A DNA stretch of 64,000 bases from Eubacteriales bacterium (GTDB lineage Bacteria; Bacillota; Clostridia; Oscillospirales; CAG-272): the NCBI GenBank assembly GCA_045661325.1, contig JAZRFK010000066.1:6484-70483 (forward strand), given 5' to 3'. The notes beneath the pieces were generated by a model. That model had not been told where the DNA came from. It saw only the letters and a program-made list of their open reading frames with translations, and did not search any database. Position 1 is the first letter of the stretch, and every line of letters begins with the position of its first letter. Shown here piece by piece: positions 29,882 to 38,041 of this stretch. A program made the translations under genes and the position numbers.

Positions 29882-30865
29882 ATGTTTTCACGGCTTGAAG
29901 CCCCTCTGTTTATCAGGGAAGCCATCGAACAAAAAAAGCCGCGTGCGCTCTGGCTGGAGCTTATCATCTTCGGGCTTGTTTTTTGGATTGCGGGTATGGT
30001 GGAGTCGATTATTATCGTTCCCTTTACCGTTATCGCAATGCTGGGTCACACCGAGGAGCTGCAAGCTCTTTTGAACGGCGGCGATATGGGCTCGGACGCA
30101 ATGCTCGCCTTTGTAGAGAAGCTGTACGGCTCGCCTGTTCTGATTATCGGCTCTCTTTTTGCAACGGCAGGTATGATTGCCACCGTTATCGTCTATTGCC
30201 GCTTTCTTGAAAAGCGTCGCCTTAGCACCCTGGGCCTTTCCCGCCCCTTTGCCAAGGAATACGGCATCGGTGCGATTTTGGGGCTTCTGCTTTTTGGTGT
30301 CTATCTTGTCTTTTCGATGGTTTTTGGAAAAATCACCTTTCTCGGCATCAGCGAAAGCTTTAACCTTCCCACCGTTCTCTTCTTGCTGCTCGGCTATCTC
30401 GTGCAGGGCTTTTCGGAGGAAATCCTTTGCCGCGGCTATTTTATGACCTCCCTTTGCCGCACCCTGCCCTTGCCCGTTGCCTTGGTTATCAGCTCTCTCT
30501 TTTTCTCGCTTTTGCATCTGGGAAATCCGGGCGTTGATTTTCTCGCCCTGCTCAACATCTTCCTTTTCGGTATTCTGATGGGGCTGTACGTCATTCGGCG
30601 CGGAAGCCTTTGGGGCGCTTGCGCTCTGCACGCGCTCTGGAACTTCGCAGAGGGCGTCTTGACGGACTTCACCGTTAGCGGCCTTACTATGCCAAGCTCC
30701 GTATTTTCCTTTGGCACGGAGGGCGCCTCCTCCTTCATCATCGGCGGTGCCTTCGGCCCCGAGGGCGGCTTCGCCGTCACCTTCGTTCTGACAATTACGG
30801 TGGCAATACTGCTGATGACGCCGAACAAAAACGCAAACAATTCTTTACAAAGCGACACGCTGTAA
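29882..30865 (+). CDS. CPBP-family intramembrane glutamic endopeptidase (CAAX protease-like)
   Basis: Motifs 'FSEEILCRGYF', 'FFSLLHLGN' and 'CALHALWNF' in a polytopic 327-aa protein. Confidence 0.85.
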   Translation: MFSRLEAPLFIREAIEQKKPRALWLELIIFGLVFWIAGMVESIIIVPFTVIAMLGHTEELQALLNGGDMGSDAMLAFVEKLYGSPVLIIGSLFATAGMIATVIVYCRFLEKRRLSTLGLSRPFAKEYGIGAILGLLLFGVYLVFSMVFGKITFLGISESFNLPTVLFLLLGYLVQGFSEEILCRGYFMTSLCRTLPLPVALVISSLFFSLLHLGNPGVDFLALLNIFLFGILMGLYVIRRGSLWGACALHALWNFAEGVLTDFTVSGLTMPSSVFSFGTEGASSFIIGGAFGPEGGFAVTFVLTITVAILLMTPNKNANNSLQSDTL

Positions 30866-30930
30866 GGCTTGCCGCTAAAGACAAAGAGCAGCGCCAAGCA
30901 CCCTCTTTCAAGCGCGCGTCTCCCATAAAG

Positions 30931-30960
30931 AAAAAAACCGCCGTCGGCGGGTTTTTCTTT
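30931..30960 (+). terminator. Intrinsic terminator
   Basis: A-run, CCGCC-gtc-GGCGG GC stem extended by A:U pairs, then TTTTTCTTT. Confidence 0.55.
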
Positions 30961-31034
30961 TCAAAAAATTGTAAACAATTCGTTTTTCTGTTTTGCACAA
31001 AAAACGCAATATGTAGTAGGCACAAATGACGAAA

Positions 31035-31086
31035 AAACAAAATGTTGTGTTTTGGTATTGACAGACACTATATGTTGTGATATAAT
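31035..31086 (+). promoter_or_regulatory. Consensus promoter TTGACA-17-TATAAT overlapped by two NrdR-box-like palindromes
   Basis: TTGACA at 31058-31063 and TATAAT at 31081-31086. ACACTATATGTTGTGA (31065-31080) fills the spacer; AAACAAAATGTTGTGT (31035-31050) lies 30 bp upstream. Both resemble the NrdR box acaCwAtATaTwGtgt as recalled. Confidence 0.6.
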
Positions 31087-31146
31087 CTTTGCAGTCGGCT
31101 TCGCGTTGGGATTTTGCGCCTTGCGAAGCGCTTTTGAGGTGAAAAA

Positions 31147-31833
31147 ATGAGGCTGAGAGGATTGCAAAAAACCACGCTTTTGGATTTTCCGGGGCGCGTT
31201 GCTTGTACGGTGTTTACGGGCGGCTGTAATTTTCGCTGTCCCTTTTGTCATAATGCCTCCTTGCTCAAAGAAGGGCCTGCCGATATAACGGAGGAGGCCT
31301 TCTTCTCCTTCTTGGAAAAGCGCCGCGGCATACTTGACGGTGTTTGTATCACGGGCGGCGAGCCGCTTTTACATCGCGATATTGCGCCCTTCCTTTCTCG
31401 CATCAAGGAGCTTGGGTATCTTGTCAAGCTGGACACGAATGGGAGCTTTCCCGAGCGTTTGTCTGCCTTGATAGAGGGCGGCGTTGTGGATTACGTTGCG
31501 ATGGATATTAAGAATTCTCCCGAAAAATATCCGCTCACCACAGGGACGGACAGCGGCTTTTTGGAAGCGGTTAAGGAAAGCGTTTCCCTTTTGTTACAGG
31601 GAAGCCTGCCCTTTGAATTTCGCACCACGCTGGTGAAGGGAATGCATACCGAGGAGGATATGCAAAAAATCGGCGCCTGGATTGCGGGCGCGCCTCTCTA
31701 TTATTTGCAGCAGTTCACCGATTCGGGTGACGTGTTGGAGGCAGGGCTTTCCGCCTTCACCAAGGAAGAGTCGGAGGAGCTTTTACGGGCCGTTTTGCCC
31801 TTCGTTCCCACAGCTGCGCTTCGCGGCGTTTGA
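31147..31833 (+). CDS. nrdG: Anaerobic ribonucleotide reductase activating enzyme (radical SAM)
   Basis: 'TTLLDFPGRVACTVFTGGCNFRCPFCHN' N-terminus; 228 aa. Confidence 0.9.
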   Translation: MRLRGLQKTTLLDFPGRVACTVFTGGCNFRCPFCHNASLLKEGPADITEEAFFSFLEKRRGILDGVCITGGEPLLHRDIAPFLSRIKELGYLVKLDTNGSFPERLSALIEGGVVDYVAMDIKNSPEKYPLTTGTDSGFLEAVKESVSLLLQGSLPFEFRTTLVKGMHTEEDMQKIGAWIAGAPLYYLQQFTDSGDVLEAGLSAFTKEESEELLRAVLPFVPTAALRGV

Positions 31834-31892
31834 TTTCAGGTATTTCATTCGTTATCATTTACGGCATTGACCGATAAAATAAGGAGTATCAT

Positions 31893-34298
31893 ATGTATCA
31901 GGTTTTAAAGAGAGACGGTAAGATTGTAGACTTTACCTTAGACAAGATCTCTGCCGCCATTCGTATGGCGTTTGAGGCGCAGGAAAAGCAGTATCACCCC
32001 AGCGTGATTGATTTCCTTGCCTTGAAGGTAACGGCAGAATTTGAGCCCAAGGTGAAGGAGGGCTTGATTGCCGTTGAGGACATTCAGGACTCTGTTGAGT
32101 CTGTTTTGGTGCAGGCCGGCTACGCAGACGTGGCAAAGGCTTACATTCTGTACCGCCGTCAGCGTGAAAAGCTTCGTAACGTGGAAAGCACCACGCTTGA
32201 CTATAAGAAATTGGTTGACAGCTATTTGAAGGTTATGGACTGGCGCGTGAAGGAAAACTCCACCGTTACCTATTCCGTTGGTGGCTTGATTCTGTCTAAC
32301 TCGGGTGCTATCACCGCTAACTACTGGCTTTCCGAGGTGTATGACGATGAAATCGCCAACGCCCACAGAAACGCCGATATTCACCTGCATGACCTTTCTA
32401 TGCTGACGGGCTACTGTGCAGGCTGGTCGTTGAAGCAGCTTATCAAGGAGGGCCTTGGCGGCGTTCCCGGTAAGATTACCTCCGCTCCCGCGTCTCACCT
32501 TGCCACCCTTTGCAACCAGATGGTTAACTTCCTCGGTATCATGCAGAACGAGTGGGCAGGCGCACAGGCCTTCTCCTCCTTCGATACCTACCTTGCTCCC
32601 TTCGTTAAGGTGGACAACCTCAGCTATGATCAGGTAAAGAAGTGCATTGAGTCCTTCATTTACGGCGTGAACACCCCTTCCCGTTGGGGCACGCAGGCAC
32701 CCTTCTCCAACATCACGCTGGACTGGACGGTGCCGGATGACTTGGCAGAGCTTCCCGCTATCGTTGGCGGCAAGGAAATGGACTTCAAGTATAAGGATTG
32801 CGCTGCCGAAATGGATATGGTTAACCGCGCCTTCATCGAAACGATGATCGAGGGTGACGCCAATGGCCGTGGCTTCCAGTACCCCATTCCCACCTATTCC
32901 ATCACCCGTGACTTTGACTGGTCGGAGACCGAGAACAACAAGCTTCTCTTTGAGATGACCGCCAAGTACGGTACCCCCTATTTCTCCAACTATATCAACA
33001 GCGATATGGCTCCCTCCGACGTGCGCTCTATGTGCTGCCGTCTGCGTCTTGACCTGCGCGAGCTTCGCAAGAAGTCGGGCGGTTACTTCGGTAGCGGTGA
33101 GTCCACGGGCTCCATTGGCGTTGTTACCATCAATATGCCCAGAATCGCTTACCTCTCCAAGACTCCCGAGGAGTTCTACCGCCGCCTTGATCATATGATG
33201 GACGTGGCTGCTCGCTCCTTGAAGGTAAAGAGAGGCGTTATCTCCAAGCTGTTGGAGGAGGGTCTGTATCCCTACACCCGCCGTTACCTTGGCGGCTTCG
33301 ACAACCACTTCTCCACCATCGGTCTTGTTGGTATGAACGAGGTTGGTCTGAACGCACCTTGGCTCAAGGCCGATATGACCAACGAGGCAGTACAGGAATT
33401 CTCCAAGGAGGTTCTTGACCACATGAGAGATCGCCTGTCCGACTATCAGGAAAAGTACGGCGACCTCTACAACCTGGAAGCAACCCCTGCCGAGTCCACC
33501 TCTTACCGCTTCGCCAAGCACGACAAGAAGCGCTTCCCCGACATCGTTACCGCCTCCGAGGGCAAGACTCCCTATTACACCAACTCCTCTCACCTGCCCG
33601 TTGGCTTTACCGAGGACGTGTTCGAGGCGCTTGACATTCAGGACGAGCTGCAAACCCGTTACACCTCGGGTACGGTATTCCACGCCTTCTTGGGCGAGAA
33701 GCTTCCCGACTGGAAGGCCGCTGCAACTCTGGTAAAGAAGATTGCCGAGAACTATAAGCTGCCTTACTACACCCTCTCTCCCACCTACTCCGTATGTAAG
33801 AACCACGGATACCTGCCCGGCGAGCAGTTTACCTGCCCCGAGTGCGGCGAGAAGACGGTGGTTTACAGCCGTATCACCCGTTACTACCGTCCTGTTCAGA
33901 ACTGGAATGACGGTAAGTCTCAGGAATACAGAGATCGCCGTGTATACGACATCGCAGGCTCCTTTGGCAAGCACGCAGGCGAGAAGAACTTTGAAACGCC
34001 CCTTTCCGAAAGAACCGAGGACATCGGTGCTGCGGCACCTGTCGAGGAGGTAAAGGGCGAGGACAGAATCATTCTCTTCGGAACGAGAACCTGCCCCAAC
34101 TGCAAGATGGCTATCACCTTCTTGAACAATGCAGGCATCGCCTTTGAGCACGTCATTGCCGACGAGAACAGAGAATTGACCGAGCAGTTCGATATCCATC
34201 AGGCGCCCACGCTCGTGGTTGTCAGAAACGGAAAAATGGAGCAGTTCGTCAACCTTTCCAACATTCGCAAATACATTGATTCTGCCGCCAAAGCGTAA
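31893..34298 (+). CDS. nrdD: Class III (anaerobic) ribonucleoside-triphosphate reductase with a C-terminal thioredoxin/NrdH-like domain
   Basis: N-terminal ATP-cone-like region, 'MCCRLRLD', 'EATPAEST', Zn site 'C..HG...CPECG', tail 'SRITRYYRPVQNWNDGK'. An extra ~80-aa C-terminal module 'ILFGTRTCPNCKMA...QAPTLVV' has a CxxC Trx fold. Confidence 0.9.
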   Translation: MYQVLKRDGKIVDFTLDKISAAIRMAFEAQEKQYHPSVIDFLALKVTAEFEPKVKEGLIAVEDIQDSVESVLVQAGYADVAKAYILYRRQREKLRNVESTTLDYKKLVDSYLKVMDWRVKENSTVTYSVGGLILSNSGAITANYWLSEVYDDEIANAHRNADIHLHDLSMLTGYCAGWSLKQLIKEGLGGVPGKITSAPASHLATLCNQMVNFLGIMQNEWAGAQAFSSFDTYLAPFVKVDNLSYDQVKKCIESFIYGVNTPSRWGTQAPFSNITLDWTVPDDLAELPAIVGGKEMDFKYKDCAAEMDMVNRAFIETMIEGDANGRGFQYPIPTYSITRDFDWSETENNKLLFEMTAKYGTPYFSNYINSDMAPSDVRSMCCRLRLDLRELRKKSGGYFGSGESTGSIGVVTINMPRIAYLSKTPEEFYRRLDHMMDVAARSLKVKRGVISKLLEEGLYPYTRRYLGGFDNHFSTIGLVGMNEVGLNAPWLKADMTNEAVQEFSKEVLDHMRDRLSDYQEKYGDLYNLEATPAESTSYRFAKHDKKRFPDIVTASEGKTPYYTNSSHLPVGFTEDVFEALDIQDELQTRYTSGTVFHAFLGEKLPDWKAAATLVKKIAENYKLPYYTLSPTYSVCKNHGYLPGEQFTCPECGEKTVVYSRITRYYRPVQNWNDGKSQEYRDRRVYDIAGSFGKHAGEKNFETPLSERTEDIGAAAPVEEVKGEDRIILFGTRTCPNCKMAITFLNNAGIAFEHVIADENRELTEQFDIHQAPTLVVVRNGKMEQFVNLSNIRKYIDSAAKA

Positions 34299-34308
34299 GG
34301 GCGGTAGC

Positions 34309-34363
34309 GGGGGTGTCCTGCAAGGCAAGACACCCCCATCTTTATCTCCCGACTAATCGGGAG
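34309..34363 (+). terminator. Two stem-loops between nrdD and trxB (possible partial terminator or processing site)
   Basis: GGGGGTGTC-11nt-GACACCCCC followed by aTCTTTaT; then CTCCCGA-ctaa-TCGGGAG. The T-tract is weak. Confidence 0.3.
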
Positions 34364-34414
34364 TGCTTTGGGGAAAAATAATCCTGCCTGACGGCTAATG
34401 AAAGGAAAGAGAAT

Positions 34415-35323
34415 ATGATATACGATATCGTCATTGTGGGCGCAGGCCCTGCGGGCTTAACCGCCGCCATTTACGCCTGCCGCGCAGATAAGCGGGTTTT
34501 GGTTTTGGAAAAGGCCACCTTCGGCGGCCAGATTACCTCCTCGCCTTGTGTAGAAAACTATCCCGGTTACGTCAAAATGAGCGGCAACGAGTTTGCCGAT
34601 AAGCTGCTTGAACAGGCAATGGCACTCGGCACGGACATTGAAATGGCAGAGGCCACTGCGATTGAAGATAAGGATGGGCTTCGTCTGGTGCGTACCGACA
34701 GAGGCGATTTTACCGCCCGCGCCGTTATTCTGGCAACGGGTGCCAAGCATCGCCCCTTGGGCATCGCCAACGAGGAAAAATTCGTTGGCCGCGGCATTTC
34801 CTATTGCGCGGTTTGTGACGGTGCCTTTTATCGCGGAAAGGACGTTTTGATGATAGGCGGCGGCAACTCCGCCTTGCAGGAGACCGTTCTTTTGGCTGAT
34901 ATGTGCAAGAGTGTTACCGTTGTGCAAAATCTTTCCTTCCTGACGGGTGAGCCCAGGCTTGTTCGCAAGCTCGAAGAAAAGGATAACGTTAAAATTATTC
35001 TTTCTCACGTGGTGGACTCCTTGGAGGGAGACACCGATTTGCGCCGCGTCATCATTCGGCATGCCGAAACGGGCGAGAAGAAAATTCTTACCACGGACGG
35101 TATGTTCGTCTGCATCGGTCAGATGCCCGAAAATGCCGCCTTTGCGAATCGCGTGGAGGTCAACGAGGCGGGCTATATCGCCGCAGGCGAGGATTGCTTA
35201 ACGCGAGACAAGGCTATCTTCGTGGCAGGCGATTGCCGCACCAAGCGCGTGCGTCAGATAACCACAGCCGCGGCAGACGGAAGCGTTGCGGCGGTTGCGG
35301 CCTGTCGCTATCTGGATAATTAA
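34415..35323 (+). CDS. trxB: Thioredoxin-disulfide reductase
   Basis: 'VIVGAGPAGLTAAIY', redox 'CAVCDG', 'GGGNSA'; 302 aa. Confidence 0.9.
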   Translation: MIYDIVIVGAGPAGLTAAIYACRADKRVLVLEKATFGGQITSSPCVENYPGYVKMSGNEFADKLLEQAMALGTDIEMAEATAIEDKDGLRLVRTDRGDFTARAVILATGAKHRPLGIANEEKFVGRGISYCAVCDGAFYRGKDVLMIGGGNSALQETVLLADMCKSVTVVQNLSFLTGEPRLVRKLEEKDNVKIILSHVVDSLEGDTDLRRVIIRHAETGEKKILTTDGMFVCIGQMPENAAFANRVEVNEAGYIAAGEDCLTRDKAIFVAGDCRTKRVRQITTAAADGSVAAVAACRYLDN

Positions 35324-35346
35324 AGCGGTTGTCCCCTCATACAATC

Positions 35347-35394
35347 AAAAGAGCAAGCACACAAGAAAAATCTTGTATACTTGCTCTTTTTTTA
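35347..35394. terminator. Bidirectional terminator at the boundary between trxB and the phage-like block
   Basis: AAAAGAGCAAG...CTTGCTCTTTT 11-bp stem with an inner ACAAG/CTTGT pairing, and T-runs on both strands. It abuts the stop at 35392. Confidence 0.7.
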
Positions 35395-36300
35395 TGCCTC
35401 GTTTGTAGCGAGTGTGGGAGAAGGGGGCGCGTCTGCCTCCGAGAGAGAAATCGGTTGGGCATTTGCAAGGGAGGGCAGGAAATCCTTGAAATATTCCTCT
35501 AACAAATCGCTCTGCTCCTCCAAATAGAGAACCGTGTCCTTGGCAATATTGCAATACCCGGCCCTATACCCCTTGATGCCGTTAAAAACCAGGGTGAAAA
35601 CCTTGGAAAGATAGCCGACCAAGAGGGCAGGGTTGGGCGCAACGATGATCTGGCAAAGCACCGAAACCGAGAAAAAGGCGGTAAACAGAGAGGCAAAAAG
35701 ATAGGGAAGGAAGCGGCGGCGCTTGGCGGCGGCAGGGGTCTTGGAAAGAGGAGGGCGGTAGCCGCCCTCCTCCCTGCTAAACAGAAGCATAGAGGGGCTA
35801 ATGCGTACCTGCCGCATCCGCCTTACGCGCACAAGCCCTCTTTTTTGTGCGGGGGAGAGATGAGCCTCGTTCCCCTTGTCCGTCAAATCCTTCTCCGATA
35901 AGCCGTAAAAGGAAAGCAGAGCGCTTCGCTTGCTTTCGGTTTCGCGTCGGCTCACTCTTTCGCAAAAAAGAAGGAGCGAGCGCATATCGCCCTTTTCTCG
36001 AAAGGAGAGGCGAAGGATGCTTGCGCGGTCTCTTGCCTCGCCGTATTCCTTTTCCTGCTTGGCGCGATCTGCGCCTGTCTCGGACAGGGAAAAATACATC
36101 ACGTAGGAGGCAAAGAGCAAAACGAGAAACTGTAAGGAAAAGGATAAAGAGGTTTGCAGGCTGATGGAGATATCCGTGAAAAAGAGGGCGGATACCGATA
36201 AAAAGGTGAAAACGGCGCACACGATGCCGAGATGAGAAAGCACGCCGCGCAAAGCGCCGCGCCCCTCCGAAAGCGGCGCCTCGGAAAACGGATTAGACAT
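35392..36300 (-). CDS. Membrane protein of unknown function (last gene of the phage-like block)
   Basis: 302 aa: 2 TM helices, a basic ~110-aa cytoplasmic segment (RRETESKR, VRVRRMRQVR), 2 more TM helices, and an acidic tail. Confidence 0.45.
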   Translation of the reverse strand: MSNPFSEAPLSEGRGALRGVLSHLGIVCAVFTFLSVSALFFTDISISLQTSLSFSLQFLVLLFASYVMYFSLSETGADRAKQEKEYGEARDRASILRLSFREKGDMRSLLLFCERVSRRETESKRSALLSFYGLSEKDLTDKGNEAHLSPAQKRGLVRVRRMRQVRISPSMLLFSREEGGYRPPLSKTPAAAKRRRFLPYLFASLFTAFFSVSVLCQIIVAPNPALLVGYLSKVFTLVFNGIKGYRAGYCNIAKDTVLYLEEQSDLLEEYFKDFLPSLANAQPISLSEADAPPSPTLATNEA

Positions 36301-36308
36301 AAAACCTC

Positions 36309-36656
36309 CTATTTGTGTTCCTTTCTCTCATAGCGTCGGGCAAGCGCAAAGCACAAGGCGCCGAGCATACTGAAGGGAAAGGCAACGAGGGAAACGGCAA
36401 TTAAGCCGTCGATTATGTTGCGGAAAAGGGATAAGAAAAGCCAGAGCAAAAACCAAAGCATCCAGGCAGACGGGCTTTTCAGCGCCTTTTTGATGGCCTT
36501 GACGAAGGGCAAGGCCACCAGCACCAAAAGCAGAATGCCCAAAAAGGAAAGGGCGGATTTTCCGTCTGAAAGCCAGATGGGAAAATACTCTAAAGAGGAA
36601 AAGAGGGCGGGGAGAACGCAAAAGCCAAAGCCCGCGATTTTAAAACAAGTGATCAT
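36309..36656 (-). CDS. Holin-like small membrane protein
   Basis: 115 aa with about 4 TM helices and a highly charged C-terminus, 'RRYERKEHK'. Its position follows the tail-fibre and XkdX genes. Confidence 0.4.
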   Translation of the reverse strand: MITCFKIAGFGFCVLPALFSSLEYFPIWLSDGKSALSFLGILLLVLVALPFVKAIKKALKSPSAWMLWFLLWLFLSLFRNIIDGLIAVSLVAFPFSMLGALCFALARRYERKEHK

Positions 36657-36702
36657 AAAAGCTCCATTCTGCCGCAGTGGCGGCTAAGACGAGAGGCGTC
36701 CT

Positions 36703-37329
36703 TTAATTTTCCTCCAAGGTCTTTTGAAGCGCCAAGTAACGCTCGCTCATCAAATCCTTCTGCGCCTGGGGAAGATTGACGCATTGCAGCATACGGAAGA
36801 GCAGCTCCGTTTCGGTTTGCAGGGCGGCAGTCGTTTTTTTCTTATCCCTGACGCTTTCGTTAAGGGCGCTCTCTAAGGCGGCCAGGCGTTTTTCCGTTTC
36901 GCTCAGAACGGTAAGGGCGCTTTGGGAGGCCAAAACGGCGGCCTCGGCTCCCTCCTTTAAGGCGGCAAGCTTTTCTTCTGCCAAGGCAGAGAATTCCTCG
37001 GCCTTTTGGCTCGTTTTACCGCTTACGTCGGAAAGGGCGGAAATACCTGCGCGCAGTAGGGGCAAAAGCCCCGTTTTGTAAAGCAAGGTTGGCACGAGAG
37101 AGGCAAGACAAGCCAGCACGCAAAGGATTTTTTCGGCGTGCTTGCTCAAAAAGTCTCCAACGGCATTGGTGAAAACGGCGTTCTCTGTGTTTGCCGTCTC
37201 GCTTTCGGGGCTTGCGGTGTCGGCAAGCGGAGCAGAGGTCGTGCTATCGGCAGTCTCGGCGCTCGCGCAAAGAGCGAAAATGACGGAGAAGAGCAGAAGA
37301 AAAAGCAAAAGATATAAAGTTTTTTTCAT
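36703..37329 (-). CDS. Secreted or membrane-anchored coiled-coil protein
   Basis: MKKTLYLLLFLLLFSVIFALCASA signal peptide, an internal TM helix, then a Leu/Ala/Glu-rich coiled-coil. ATG 37329 follows GGAGGAA. The track ORF to 37440 is over-extended. Confidence 0.5.
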   Translation of the reverse strand: MKKTLYLLLFLLLFSVIFALCASAETADSTTSAPLADTASPESETANTENAVFTNAVGDFLSKHAEKILCVLACLASLVPTLLYKTGLLPLLRAGISALSDVSGKTSQKAEEFSALAEEKLAALKEGAEAAVLASQSALTVLSETEKRLAALESALNESVRDKKKTTAALQTETELLFRMLQCVNLPQAQKDLMSERYLALQKTLEEN

Positions 37330-37348
37330 AAGGGTTCCTCCAAAAATA

Positions 37349-37741
37349 TCAAATATCAAACAGCGAGGGGCCAAGAAAACGCGCGGAAAGGTCAGAAATC
37401 GCCTCCTCTGCCCTTTGTAAGCGCAGAGCCATTTCCTCAACCTGCTGTAAAAGGGAAAGAATGACCTTTTCGGTGGGGAAGGCGAGGGGCATAACCAAAG
37501 CGCCGTGCCGATAGAGGCTCTGGCAGGGCAGTCTTTTTCCCTCTACCTTGATAGAGACGGTGCTTTCCCCCTCCAAGAGATCCGAGGGAGAAATGCGGAA
37601 AAAGGCCCTCTTTTCGCCGTTTTCAAGGGGCGCGCCGTTGATATAGAGAGCCCCCTCCTTCTCCAAGCAAATATAGAAGGGGCCCTTTTGCTCCTTTCCA
37701 TCGGTAAAGATGCCAAAGCCGTCAAGAATTTTTAAATTCAT
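37349..37741 (-). CDS. Hypothetical phage-block protein (130 aa)
   Basis: ORF with RBS AAAGGAG and an ATGA overlap with the XkdX-like ORF. I recognise no family. Confidence 0.45.
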   Translation of the reverse strand: MNLKILDGFGIFTDGKEQKGPFYICLEKEGALYINGAPLENGEKRAFFRISPSDLLEGESTVSIKVEGKRLPCQSLYRHGALVMPLAFPTEKVILSLLQQVEEMALRLQRAEEAISDLSARFLGPSLFDI

Positions 37742-37875
37742 TTTTGACTCCTTTCGCGCAAAAGGGCGTCCCTTTCCGCTTGGGTGATAAGGCCCTTTTT
37801 AACGGCGTCATCCAGTCTTTGCAGGGACCAGAGCCCCGATAAGAAAAAGGTGCGGATTTTTTCAAGCCTCGTCAT
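37738..37875 (-). CDS. XkdX-like small phage protein (45 aa; below the ORF-track cutoff)
   Basis: Own translation: MTRLEKIRTFFLSGLWSLQRLDDAVKKGLITQAERDALLRERSQK. The 'W...V.kG.IT..e...l' pattern matches the XkdX family as recalled. It overlaps both neighbours. Confidence 0.5.
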   Translation of the reverse strand: MTRLEKIRTFFLSGLWSLQRLDDAVKKGLITQAERDALLRERSQK

Positions 37876-38020
37876 CCTTCTTGTCCTCCTCAAGCGAAAT
37901 GCTTGCCATCATGGCAAGGTAGTAAAGGTCTGCTTCAAGCTTGGCATTTTGAGCGGCAAGGGCAGCGCAGACCTCTTGCGCCTCGTGTAAGGCGCGGTGA
38001 ACGTTTTTGTAAATCAGCAT
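37862..38020 (-). CDS. Small hypothetical phage-block protein (52 aa; below the ORF-track cutoff)
   Basis: Own translation: MLIYKNVHRALHEAQEVCAALAAQNAKLEADLYYLAMMASISLEEDKKDDEA. RBS GAAAGGA lies 6 nt upstream, and the ORF starts 21 nt after the fibre gene stop. Confidence 0.35.
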   Translation of the reverse strand: MLIYKNVHRALHEAQEVCAALAAQNAKLEADLYYLAMMASISLEEDKKDDEA

Positions 38021-38041
38021 AACGGTTCCTTTCTTTTTTCA

